Program-made: the position numbers and the translations under genes
In this document: positions 1-12,600 of the stretch, in pieces
Layout of the letters: each line of letters starts with the position of its first letter
How positions within the stretch are numbered: position 1 is the stretch's first letter
Source: Nemertoderma westbladi
Lineage: Eukaryota; Animalia; Xenacoelomorpha
Direction: 5' to 3'
Assembly (NCBI GenBank): GCA_032718475.1
Contig: JAUCBJ010006733.1
Location: forward strand, 1 to 56,359
Length of the DNA: 56,359 bases
Notes under the pieces: model-generated
What the model saw: only the letters and a program-made list of their open reading frames with translations
Database searches by the model: none
What the model was told of the DNA's origin: nothing

Positions 1-272
1 TTCCCCCCCTATCTGCAGGTATTATATTCAAATAAATCATCGGATACAATGGTGGTGAATATGTAACTACACGAGGCAGGGGGTGCGATTGGGCAGCTAA
101 GGATGTTCGCGCTTTCAGACCTTTGGCAGTTTAACCCGCCAAATTAGGATGTCTTCTAGATAATAATTCGTTTTTAGCCTATGACAAGTATTTGATTCAC
201 TACACTAGTCGAAACCAATCTGTGCGCGATCATTCACCCGCTGGATATACCCGGGAGATTGGGTTCGACGGC

Positions 273-1507
273 TTATTATTATTATTATTATTATTATCTT
301 TAATCCAGGCCGTGGCCCATAAAATATAAATTTAAATACAGTACAGTAGCACAGGATAAAATACACGATCATAAAGACAACTGACTGACTGATTGACAAT
401 AGTTATTAAACAATACAATACATACAAATTACGATAAATAGATACGGGCCATAAGTATATTATATTAAAATTGATTATAGTATATACATATAAATAGATT
501 ATAATGATCACGATTACAATAATTTAACTCAACATCATATTATTATTAATAAAGATTTACAGAGTCACCCATTTCCTGAATACGGGATGTACCCGATAAG
601 CGACAGGTGAAAAATACTACACGCACAATGTCGTTGTCAGAAGCTCTAACCCTATCCAACAGGCTAGTGATAGATCTATGACGTATATGTACAAATGTCG
701 CATATTTAAATGTGAACATGTCAAAGATATACTGGTGGGTTCATCATCAGTCATTCGTGGAATTTTAAACAACAACCTAATCGAATTATTATACGCAACT
801 CTAAGTTTATTGTGCATCTTAGAGGAGTAGTTTTGTCTGGCCCAGATTGCATTTCCATAAAAGGAAGTGCAAAATGCACGAAACAGCGTCACCTTAACTC
901 CTTCAGAGGACGCACTAAATTTCCTAACCAAGAGGTTCGCTCTCGCGTATAATAATTGAGTTTGACGTCTGATGTCAAAATCATCATCAGTTGTTTTGTG
1001 CAATATGTGCCCTAAATAATTAAATTTATCTACAACCTCAACCGCTTTACCGTACAAGTAAATGCAACCAGGATCATAGTAAGCACTGCACTTCGGAACA
1101 AAGTAAATACATTTAGTCTTTTTTATATTAAACGTCATCGAGTTGGCAGATGCAAAGCGTACTGCCAAGTCAACCAGGCTTTGCAAACCAAATATAGAGT
1201 TACTAATAATGCACATATCATCAGCGTAAATTATGTGATTTACCCTAGTTGTGCCCATAATGCAGCCGATACCGGTGGCAGTTAGAGCATTACTAAGGTC
1301 ATCAATATAAACATTGAAAAGAATAGGTGAGGTAATCCCTCCCTGGCGGGTACCATTAGTCACTCTAAATTTACTGGATAACAATCCATCCCAACTTACT
1401 TGCATATATTGATCCCTATACCAATAAGCGATTAAACGAACAATATAGAGAGGAACACCTCTGTCTATGAGTTTACGAAATAAAATAAAATGGTTTATTT
1501 TATCGAT
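273..1507 (-). mobile_element. 5'-truncated non-LTR retrotransposon (RTE-X-like) inserted in the BEL 3' LTR
   Basis: RT motifs DKINH..LFRKL, GTRQGGITSPILFNVY, HIIYADD and FNYLG. C-terminal LYARANLLVRKF..VKVTLFRAFC..LRVAYNN is typical of RTE-X. (TAA)n tail at 273-297. Possible TTATT TSD at 273-277/1508-1512. Confidence 0.8.
617..1504 (-). pseudogene. Reverse transcriptase C-terminal fragment of the LINE
   Basis: ORF 617-1405 extends upstream in frame to ~1504 (DKINHFILFRKLIDRGVPLYIVRLIAYWY). N-terminal RT and endonuclease are missing; probable frameshift near 700. Confidence 0.8.
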
Positions 1508-2535
1508 TTATTGGTTCGTTTACTTAATCGTATTGCTATGTAGGCCTAATGTATTATTCGACTGACAGTATTATATAATCTCTGACAATATTATTCACCT
1601 TCGGGAAATATTAACAGTTCCTTTAGGACGTGGCGCTCTACCTATATAAACAGAGTTATGACTTAAACTACTCACAACGATATGGCTTAGTTATAATTCA
1701 CATATATGGCGCATTCTTTAGGAAATGCTTCGTTATCAGTCTCACTCATACACAATGCTGCACAATACTGCACACTAATCTGCCGATCTTCACTGATTTT
1801 AGTCACATATAAAAGGAACACGGACCGAATCATGTAGGGTCTATCAAATAACATTAGATTCACTTCAAACCACTTTAACATAAGTCACAATCGTTATATG
1901 TAACCTTTCTCTCTTACCTTCGGTATATCAAGAATATTGGGTTTTCGGGGTTATTTATCGTTATTCCAAATATAATAATTCATCAACCATATTATGAAGA
2001 ACTGACAGTAAATAGCAGTATAACAATATAAAAGTATGCACAGGTTGTTTGATTAGGTATGGTATGTTATGTTATGTTATGATAACGGATATATGTCCTT
2101 ATAATTAAGCCTACTAGTGTTAGGCTAAAACAGAAAACACGGAGGTGCCAAAAGCCGGTTCTTAGGCTCTGGGCAAAAACACTAACACTGAACTACTGAG
2201 TTTCTGTATACACCTCCAACACAGAGACAACAAACGCTCTGATTGGTCAACCGAACAACGAGAGAACAAAGAAACAAAGAAACGTCGACGTGGCAATATC
2301 AGCTGTTAGCCGTCGTCATGGTAGCGACACTGTTTTCAAGAGTATCTAGCTTATCGCGTCACGAGATTGCGGATTATGTCCTCTAAAGTACAAATACAGT
2401 ACAAATACATAAGAAATGACTTTTATGTCCTCTAAAACACCAGTACAGCAAGGACACGGCCTTTTTATGCCTGGCAAACCAACTACAGAGTACTTTAAGG
2501 GAAAATAACCGGTTAATGACGCAAAAGCTTTTACA

Positions 2536-2545
2536 CCGCTCCCAG
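2536..2545 (-). promoter_or_regulatory. Putative polypurine tract of BEL element
   Basis: Minus strand reads TCTGGGAGCGG directly before the TGT start of the 3' LTR. Confidence 0.5.
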
Positions 2546-2929
2546 AAAATGGGATTTAAGTCTATAAAATATAACAAATCACAGTTTCTAAAACATAAAG
2601 ATACTCTAAACAGTTAGTTTTCTTGCGCGGACGGCGTTTACGCAGTTTCCCGAGGCTAGCAAGAGTCCTTTTCTCTTTGGGGTGAGCCACTTTACTAGGA
2701 AGGCTATAACTCCTGGGTAAAGGGTGCAATACAATTGCATTAGAAGGTTTGGGTTTACGGTCGGTGTCTCGTCCAGTTTCGATATGCTTCTCCTCGAGCT
2801 GATTTTCCTCCGCTTGTCATGGGATACGTTCGTCCAAAACTCTCGCAGAGAATAGGGTTTTCTAAGCTTGATATCTTCTTAGAGATTCGAGATTTCCCAA
2901 TCGAACTGAGATAAGGCTAATTCGTTTAT

Positions 2930-3903
2930 CGATTGGACTTACTGTTATAACTTACGTTTATCTGAACAAACGCAGGTTTCCTTTTTGATCTTTGTAGAAT
3001 AGCGTTTAACTCGTTTCGTACAACGTTCTCCTCCACCTTGATGAAGGGTTGTATCGTGTCTAAACGGGACGATGACGTATACGGTTGAATGGCGATATTA
3101 GGTGTCCGCGTCCCAATCCGGCTAGGTAAGATGGGCGGATATCTAGAAACCCAAACTGCGGAGTGCTACCGACTAATCGTTCGGGTAACACTAGATCTTT
3201 GAACGGTGAGTACAGCTCGGGAGGATCCGTCATACTAATAGGATCAAGAGCCTGGGGTTTCACCAGGGAATGAGGAGGTCTGATCGAGTATTCCAGGACT
3301 CTGATCGTAGGTTTACTCCAGGATCGTTCGAGCCGAGTGAGCATAGGTGATACGTCAAACAAGTTTCGGTTTCCGTGGATGTTTATGTCTTTCCGTTTAT
3401 TAGTTGGGTCTAGGGCATTTATCGTAATAATACCAAAGACGCACGTCTTGAAGGGGAAACGCGGGTGATATTTATTTGTTGTTACAATGCTTCTATCAAG
3501 AATTCCAAATATATGTTGGAGTTACCGCGTTTATTTGTTTCTTTAATGTCTTTTCTTTCGAGTCGATTTCGAATAGGATTTTCGCATTAGAATTTTGGTT
3601 TATCGTTTAGACTCCTCTGGGTAGGATATGTTCGACATAGTCCGTATCGTGTAAATCGATAGAATGACCAGTAGTTAAGAAGCCCATATACGTACCATTA
3701 CGCTGCGTATATCGAGCAGCGAATTTTCTATAGTCCAACTCTCGCGAGAGCTGCACTTGGGACATTGTCGGTTCGATATAACGACCATCGTCCTCTGCAG
3801 CAGTTGGACTAACGTCGCCGCGTATTAAGCTATCAACAAACGCTTGTAAAAGTAGAGTATATCGCTCCCCGATACCAAGACCATCTTCTATCAACTCCGT
3901 CAT
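2930..3903 (-). pseudogene. Decayed accessory ORF of unknown function in the 3' (env-slot) region of the BEL element
   Basis: ORFs 3607-3903 and 3060-3362 join through one stop and about two frameshifts into >300 codons of protein-like sequence. No recognisable domain. Confidence 0.4.
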
Positions 3904-4388
3904 ATCTGCTATATATGAGTTTATCCATATTATAATGAGTTTATATTTAGGCTAGCGAGCGTCGCTGCCTACCCCAATCAGCCCCCGGACAGTGCGAGAT
4001 CCTCAGCGCCGATGTGTCGTCGCCGCTGTACTTTCGCCAACGACGTAGCCGCACAACGACAACGACAACCGGCACAAGTCACTCGACTGTCCGTCCCAAA
4101 GGCTTAGATACACCTCAGGTTCTTACTGGAGAGTTAGGGTTACTTTCACAATTGCGACTCGCTACTGTAAACACACCTTAGTAGTAACATTCGCCTATAA
4201 ACTCACAAATACCACACACACAACTTGTCACAAATTACACACACTCGGGCCATTTGTCCGTTAGTCAATGCCTTCCAGAATGTCACTGTATTATTATGTA
4301 TCCTTGGATACTAGCAGTGCGCTATTTATTCCCTGTGGGGCGAGCCACGAAGTGAGAGAGCCTTAGCGTAGTGGTACCATTAATCAAC

Positions 4389-4442
4389 CTGTCGTTCTGT
4401 CGTTCTGTCGTTCTGTCGTTCTGTCGTTCTGTCGTTCTGTCG
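4389..4442 (+). repeat. (CTGTCGTT)n microsatellite of the HINE
   Basis: 6 full units plus a partial unit here; 5 plus a partial unit at 19540-19585. Confidence 0.95.
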
Positions 4443-6177
4443 CGTTTTTTTTCAGTATTTTATTTTAAACGTTAATAACTCGGCCAATCCTTGATGAAAT
4501 CTATCCAAACTTGGTACACATGTTGTTTGGCAAAAGTTTGAAAATTTTCCAAGTAGAATTTGCGTGGGGCCTTCGTGCAGCATCAGTGTAACTGTTATTG
4601 TAGTTATAATATATTTATTTATCCAAAATTAACATGCGTTAAATTATTATTACTGTAGGATAAATCAGCTGGTTTTCTGACAAATTTTGCAAAACATAGG
4701 GGCTGTCTGCCAATCTGCATGTACCATTTGTACCGGTACTGTCAGGCTGTAATACAGGTCAGCCGGTACCATACACTGCAGACATGCCATATCATGTAAT
4801 CTAAACATGGCCCCGGAAACCCTTGCGGTGATTATACTTTAGGCCTAATTAGCCTAGTACCGGTAATAATAATATAATAGTTTAGATAGTTCAGTAGTTA
4901 CCGCTAATCATTCAGTCATTGGCACGGTACACCGTATTGCTGTACTGCCGTTCAGCCGTTGTAGTGCGCACCGTAGGTACCACCCATGCGTAGGCTTACT
5001 GTGCTGATTATGGTTTGATTGATTGATTGTTTTTTACACATAATTAAACCTTTTAAAATTCACAATAATACATTTATAAAGATTACGTTACGATATTAGG
5101 CCTACAGTACAAGTAGGCCTAATAACACTAGATATTTAGGAGCACCAATACTGATTTATGTAGATAGTCAACTTATAAAATGTTTATTTACTTAAATAAA
5201 AGGTTCTGGTGTAAGGATAGCCTCATGAGGTATATACCTCGTTTCCATGAGGGTCCTATAATAATTTTCATAGGCCTACTCTAATATTTAAAGCTAGTCA
5301 GACTGTGGTACCTAAGCTATATACTGTTAGGTATATTGCTGTATTGGGGTGGGGTTAGGAATAATCCATTTGTTTTAGCATTGAACTGTTGAATCCCCTT
5401 ATTTATTATAAAACCATTGGAAATATTCGCAAATGCCGCTCCATTACTGTCTGATGTCTGAAACGCTCCCGACAGTCCGATGTATCTGGACCCGAGCAGC
5501 CGAGTAGCTTCAAGAGGTGATTAACGGGGGAATACTACGGAATTGCTTGTTTGTCAGTACGATTCTATTTGGGTATTTACTACACTCAGACACTGGGAAT
5601 ACGACGGTCAGTCAGATCGTAATGCGGGCCACTGCCAAGTTCATCATGCCTCACTCCGGTCACCCACCTTGGAGTGCGGTGGGAAGAGTCCCACTTACTG
5701 ACTTACGTCGACGACTGGACGAATCGACGAGGATTGCGATCTGGGTTTAGCGGCGGCCCGGATCCTGGGATCGCCTGGGGGAAATGGTTGAACGTTGGGC
5801 AGACGTTATCGCACTGGATTACGTTCTCTGTGACGCGAAAGTGTGAAGCGAATTCGTTGTCGAATTGGGTCGGAAGCTGCGGGAATTCTACTGTTCTACG
5901 GGAGTAAACCGCAGCGGTCCGGTGACTCTGACTACGGACGGATACTACTGGGATAAGCAGGTATTTCGATCGAGTTTCTCGTATTCTCGATGCTCGAGGC
6001 GGATAGAGAGTTGGTTGTGTTGGGCGGTGTTGTTCAATTCTATCAAACATATTAAATAATTGGTAAAATAATAAAAACACACCAGATAAAGATACTGAGC
6101 TTATGGTAAAGAGATAGGCCGAACTTACAATTTCCAAATAGATTGTTCATATAATAAATATATTTTTGGTATTTAAT

Positions 6178-6447
6178 TTCAAGATAGGGGGGGGGGGGGG
6201 GGGGGGGGAACTGGACGCAATAAAAATTCATCCCTCTCCAGGGGAAATTGGACGCAAATAACAACAGCTGATTACTCTCAAAAATAAAACTGTAACCTGT
6301 TCTATTGTGTTTACTTTATTGTTTTGGTTAAAATAACGTGCCACTGTAACCTGCTCCTTTCCCAAAATTTAGAAATTAATATTGAGGCGGGATATTAATT
6401 CGCCAAGATGGGATTTGCGTCCAGTCCCACCCCCCTCCTATCTCTTG
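6178..6447. mobile_element. Small MITE-like inverted-repeat element nested in the HINE (also ~21314-21583)
   Basis: TCAAGATAGGG..G(A/G)ACTGGACGCAA at the left end vs TTGCGTCCAGTCCC..CCTATCTCTTGA at the right end. Confidence 0.55.
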
Positions 6448-7324
6448 ATTTCACTAAAAAATAGAATACATTGCATTTTACTGTTATAATTACTGTATTG
6501 AATAAAATAATTAATTGATTGTTTATTAAACCGTGCTAAGCACGTTGAACTGGAGCTCTAACAATTCCCCACTAGCGGCAGACAGGAACTGTAAAAGTCT
6601 CTGTAGAATTTCTAATTAAGCAATGCTCTTAGGTAACTACTACTAAATTTCAGATGAATCTGATCTTTGGTTCTATAATTACAGCTATTTTTACGTTTCT
6701 GTTAATTCGCCCCCTAGCGGCAGACCGGGGAACTGTAGAAGTCTGTCTGTGTGTAGAATTTCTAAATTTTTTATAGACTACATGTGCACCAAGTTTGGTT
6801 CCATTTCATCCATGATTGACCGACTTATTAGCTTTTCAAACATTCCTGCCACAAACATAGCCAGAGGCAGCCACAAACAAATAAAAGCTGCAGGAACTCG
6901 AGCGTTAATTAATTTATTAATTATTAAATACTGTTTCAATTAAATTCTTTACGAAAATCTAGTCATCTTCTTTTAAATATGGACCCTGCATTCATGGAAA
7001 ATATAATATTTGATAATTCATCAGTCAGCCTACGCTAATTTCACAGCAAAGTCCTTGTCATGGCCTGTGTGTAGTAGGCCATGGTACCACCCTACTACCG
7101 GTACCGGCTGACCGCGTGACCAGTGGCAACTAGCACTTCAGCACTTGCACAGCAACAGCACTACCGGCGATACACAGGTTGAAATTTATGTAGAGTTTGC
7201 TCAACAGTACAGATATAAAATAGTTATCTAAATTATATATATTACTATTGACAAGTATTGAAATATATACCGTTATTCGTGTTATCAGTATTTGCAACAT
7301 CTGACATTGAAGAGGTGAGAGAAG

Positions 7325-7696
7325 ATGAATACCGGCACTCAACAAAACCAACGCTTATCACAGGTCGGTATGGTTACCTCGAAACCGGCGCGACTGTCCA
7401 CTCGAATACAACTTCAAAACACAAACGCCAACAATAAACTGAAAGCGAATCGAACGTCTTCAGAAGAATCTGTCATTGGGACGAAGAAAAGGAAGCCGAA
7501 ACCACGGGAATGGACCACAGCTAAGATTGAATGCTCCCATTGTCAGAGTTCCTGGACCGAAATTGAAACACCAATTGCCGATGTGCTTGATCTCTCAAAC
7601 CAAAACTTCCTCTGCGGGGTTTGCGCGGCAGTAAAGATTGAAAGTCTGGAAGCTGGCATCCCTAGGTATTATTATTATAAATCAGCCTGCGTTTAA
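7325..7696 (+). pseudogene. Captured ORF fragment with CxxC...CxxC (PHD/zinc-finger-like; resembles a LINE ORF1 N-terminus)
   Basis: ECSHC...W...NFLCGVC followed by a coiled-coil-like start (KIESLE). Only its 3' part is kept in HINE copy 2 (from ~22650). Confidence 0.4.
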
Positions 7697-9273
7697 TAAA
7701 TATATTTTAATACAAAACAGGTCGAACGCAAAGAGGCTTATAATGAAGACGAGTACTGCATTGATTATATTCCTATAAACCACCTGGCTTTGCATATTGA
7801 ACGTGCGTTTGGAAATAAGTTCGTGCTACCCTTCCGTGGGTGGTAGATGTCGCGGTTATGTATTGGTGGGAGGGGGGAGGGGGGGGGGTGCAGATTAAAA
7901 GGGGTGAACACGTACTGTCCTCCCCCTTTCTTTGATTAATTGGTGGTGTGGGTTAATCTCTCATAACCTGATTTTGTGATACAGTCGCACAATTTTAATT
8001 TGTATCTCATAACTGGGCCTCGTGCTGCGCGAAGGCCCCACGAACGTGTGCTATTCAATGGGACAAGCTTTCTATTGTTATTTTAACTCAATTCTAATTC
8101 TAGCGTGGTTGTTGCTATGGTGACATTATGCAAAGCTAGCGGTAGAATTAGGGTAATTCCAATGCATACAGATCTGGGATGTTATTTAATAGTAATTCTT
8201 TAATGGTCAATGTCCTGTTTTATACATGACTTTATGAATTTTATCGGCTATTGACTATGTCTGGGAGACTTTCGCACACTCATACGCATAATAAGATAAA
8301 TCTCCGCTCCCTTGATCTATTAATTAATGGAATTTTGGGAATGTTATAAATTGCGTAAAAATGGCAATTTATTAAATTCATTAAAAGGCATGAATTTAAA
8401 TTTATTCCCTGAAATTTTATTATTTGATAATTAAATTGACATATTTTGATTCTAGAACATGTCTGGGGACACAAGATCCTTAATTCTATGACAATTGTCT
8501 TTTTAAGAATATCGGTAAATGCTACGATATCTTAATTGACTAGAATTGTTGAAGGATCTGAATTTTACAGATTTTGATTTATTAGATTTGCAAATATTAA
8601 ATAATTAATATTTGAGATGGGCACCGATTTATTCCAGAACTTGTCTGGGGACGTTAACCACTGATTCTAAAATTTGTCTTTCAAGTATATCGGTGGGTGC
8701 CGCGATATCTTAATCGACTAGAATTGCAGATAGTCAAAGGGTTTAACAGATTTATTTTGCGTTATACGCTACTGTTAAAGGGACATCACGCTACTATATG
8801 TATTATTTAATATACGGTATGAGAGCAATATCGCACGAAGCAATGTCAGTGTGAAGAGGCAAGTCGTTTCCAAGGTCTACCCAGAGCTTGGTTTAGCCGA
8901 GACACGAGGATCTGAACTTTGCATTCCTAATACTCTGCCTACCAATAATACTTAAATATAGTAGTGGCTTTATTGTACTTTAATAAGTACGGATATTTCA
9001 TCTTACTGTAGTCACGTATTTATAATATGATACGGGCAGTAAGGAAAGAGAAAAAGAATTATTTCTCGCCGTCGCACTAAATATATAATATACGTAATTA
9101 AATAATAAACGCGAATATATATTGCACTAATCTACTAAATAATCTCTAAAATACCACACTACTAAATAAAATTAAATAAAACGATTAAAATAAAATTACA
9201 TAATAATACATACATAAATATAAAAATAAAACAAATACAAAATAATAGAGTCACACACCCACTCCATATGTTG

Positions 9274-9639
9274 TTACGTTATGGAGTCCCTAGATGTTTG
9301 AAGGATTAGGGAGGTGGTCGTGGGAAGAGAATCTTGCCTTTCACAGTTTCCGGAGAGTCCTCCATTCCCTTCCGGTAAACACAAACGACCGACTGGGTGA
9401 TTGAGTCGCTGCATCCCGAATACAATTCCAGGTTTCCTCTTCGTCCTGGAATAGTGACGATAGAAACATCGCTCTAGGTACACGACGGCCTTACAAAGCC
9501 GATTCCAGGAGCTATAGTGGTCCGTCGCTCCCTGCAGGAGAGGTGAGAGTCCCTGCGAGACATCTGATGTTCCAGAGCTCCAATCGCTCTCTCTGATCTT
9601 CATGAAGGATCCACTCGCGGTGGGGAGGTCCAGATCCAC
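9274..9639 (-). pseudogene. Frameshifted BEL Pol remnant (post-RNase H linker)
   Basis: HYSSWNRLCKAVVYLERCF resembles the BEL SSW.KL.RV.A.V.RF motif. No integrase motifs follow. Confidence 0.6.
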
Positions 9640-12600
9640 GGCGTCGTCCCTGGCAATATGTAATACACATCTATCAGATCTATCCCGGGTTCAAATAACT
9701 CCGATCCACCCGTCCGGGTTTTAGGTTTGACTTTCTCCGCTCCCTTGGCTGGTCTAATCTCAGTCGGAGTAAGATGGGGAGGCCATTCATCCTCCTTACT
9801 CAGGAAGTCGGGTTCACCTAACCGGTCTGTAGTATCTGTCAGTTTTTGAGGAGTTGCTCCTCTGGAAGCGATGTCAGTTGGATTAAACTTCTTGGGGCAA
9901 TATCTCCATTGATCTACATTGGAGCTAATATCGTCATTATCTGAGGAGTATGGTGTTCCCTCAGTTGGGTCGTCTCCCTCACTAGTATCATCTTTCCATT
10001 CACTCACCTGGCAGACGCGATCTTGAAGCAGTCTTTCTCTGAGCGTTCTTCGGGAAGGTCCAGTAAGGTACCAACCTACTCTAGTTCTTACCGCATAGGT
10101 CTGAAGTGGTTGCGGTTGAGCAGGTCGTTTCTCCAATGTCTCCAGCGCCTCATGCGCGTTTTGACCGATTAATATTTGTACTCCAGGATAATCGGTGTCG
10201 AATCTAGGAATGTTAAGTTGTTGGGCATGATCATCTTCGTCCCAATTATAAGGTTCCACTTGGGTGGTAGCGAAGTTCTTTATTGCCACCATTTTGACTG
10301 ACCTTATACTGTATTCTCCTAGTTTATCCTGTGGAGTGGACAACTCACCTATATAATAGTCGGCAGCCACAGCAGATTTCCAAACCTGCATGATCCCTGA
10401 CATGTTTAGCTTGGTTCGGAACTTGGGTTGTCCAGCAAAGATGTCTTCGGCTAGTTCTTTATCGATGAATGTTCCTGTGCTGCCGGAGTCCAGGAGGGCG
10501 TTCACTATATAGCTCTTCTGAGGTCCGTGGACCCGTAACTGGACTACAGGAAATTCTCGGATTCCTACATTTGAAGTTGGCGCTTTCCAAGATTGTTGTT
10601 GATCTGAAGTAGTTAGGGTGAGGTCGCTGTCTGTATCTTTTTCATGCACGAGTGCTCGATACACTGCGGTGGTGTTTATTAGGTAACAGGATTCGTTTTG
10701 GTCGGAGAACTCGTCCGTATAGAATCCTTCCATCTCAGATTGATCAGTGTCGTTCACATCACTGAATTGGACATGTAGTTCGGACTCACTTACCTGACTC
10801 GGGCTGTTTCGTTCGAATTCCGTGTGCAACAAGATATGATGTTTTGCGCCGCACTTTGCACACCTTGCGTCGGAGTAACAGGTTCGCCGTTGGTGTCCTC
10901 GTCTGAGGCAATTATAACACAACCGCTTATCCCACATGACTTCACGTCTATCCTTTAGTGATTTCCTCAGGAATTTATCACACGCATTTAAACGGTGGGG
11001 CCCGTCGCACAGCACACATTTCGAATTGATGTTACTTACTTTAACCTGTGCTATGTGGTGCACACTTGTTCTTTCCTCGGGCTTTCTCACCTGAATTCTT
11101 TTAGGAGACGTAGGAGGGGTTTTTTGTACCGGTTCCCTTCTATCATTGGTTCGAGACTTGAATTTACTTACCTGGTCTTTAGGCGTTTTATTGACATAAT
11201 AAGATCTTTCAGTGTCTTTCCCGCTATCCTCTCCTTGAGAAGTCTGGCTTTCGCCGTCGTCTGTATAACACACTGGTGTTACCCTTCTCCTAGAAACGGG
11301 TTTCTCACTTACCTTGTTTTCCAGTGTCTTCTCTCTGGACTGCCTTAGGAGCTGTAATTTCACTTCTCCATTTAAGAATGACATGAGATCAGCCATGGTA
11401 GGGTCTCGTCGTTGTTGTTCCATCATATATAACACTTTCTTGTCCCAGCGTGTACCTACTCCACCCTTCGGTAAAGTAGAAGCCACTGCTCTAATAACCA
11501 TAGCACTCTGATACTCATGAGACTTACCTAGCCAATCTAATTGTCTGCAGATCTCCTGAATTTCATCGGAAAACTCTATAATCCCGCTGCTAATAAACTT
11601 TCGGGGCGCTACCAACTTTGCATACAAATACCCAGCTATGTTATTCCTATTACCATACCTGATGTTTAGTGTATCCCAAACTTGTCTTAATCCGTCTGGA
11701 TGTCCAATAAACTTTAACGCCATTAACTTGGGAGATCCTTCCAAGCATTCGATGAGGAATCTAAGTTTCTCTCCATTAGATAGCACAGAGTTCTGTATGT
11801 TATCTTTGTAATATTCATTAAAAGGTAACCATTTCATCTCATCTCCATTGAACTTGACGATCTCTCCCACCTTTACCGCTTGCCGGGCTTCGGTTCTAGC
11901 CATTTGACGCGTAAAACTTTCTTGGGCCATCGTGTTATTTAATATCGAGTTATCGGTATATAAATTTCTCGGATTATGATCCGTTCTATATGGAATATCA
12001 TTATCAACAGGTCTATAATTACCCTTAATAGGGTTCACTATAGGAGTTTCTACTTCGCTAGCAGTATAGATGCGTGTAGGCTCCACACCTTGCGCATGCG
12101 ATACTTCAGACCTAACAGGTTGACACATTGTTACAGAGGGTGGTGGTATACCTCTTTGTGTATTTACTAATTTATCGCGTTCTAGCGCGATACTTTGCTG
12201 CACTTCTTGCAACTCTAGCCTACTTTCCCTTATTGTGCCTTTGAATTGCTGAACCGTCTCCTGCATCTGCCCGAGCAGGAGATCCATCCCCCGCCGTCTC
12301 TCGTCCACCCATTCGACCGCCGAAGCGGGAGTCGCCAACGTTGTAGCGGGCGGACGAGGGACAACGGGCGACAAATCATGAATATTTCGCTCGGGGTCCA
12401 GGACCTGAACTGTCTCCTGGGCAGTTCTACTGGGCACAGGTAGCTTAGTGCTATGCAGAGGGAATTTAGAGGTAGCTTCAGGGAGCACAGGTGTGTCTAT
12501 CACCGAAGGGGTGATTTCAAAAACAGGCCTAATTATTTCAGGCTCATCTACTATAGTAGGGAGTCTTTCTATTTTAATTATTTGGTCTGTGGGTTCTATA

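Larger units (their letters stand above)
104..2535 (-). repeat. 3' LTR of BEL element (~1.2 kb after removing the LINE inserted at ~273-1507)
   Basis: Starts TGTAAAAGC at 2535 (minus) and ends ...GCGAACA at 104 next to the AAGGA TSD. 1933-2535 matches the other LTR. Assigning 104-1932 to the LTR is inferred from the TSD and CA end only. Confidence 0.7.
4334..8049. mobile_element. Helentron/HINE-like non-autonomous element, copy 1
   Basis: Near-identical to 19485-23119 with unrelated flanks. (CTGTCGTT)n follows the left end. 20-bp inverted repeat 4563-4582 vs 8023-8042; terminal hairpin 8015-8038; CCAAACTTGGTACA core. No TSD, compatible with insertion at T|T. Confidence 0.7.
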
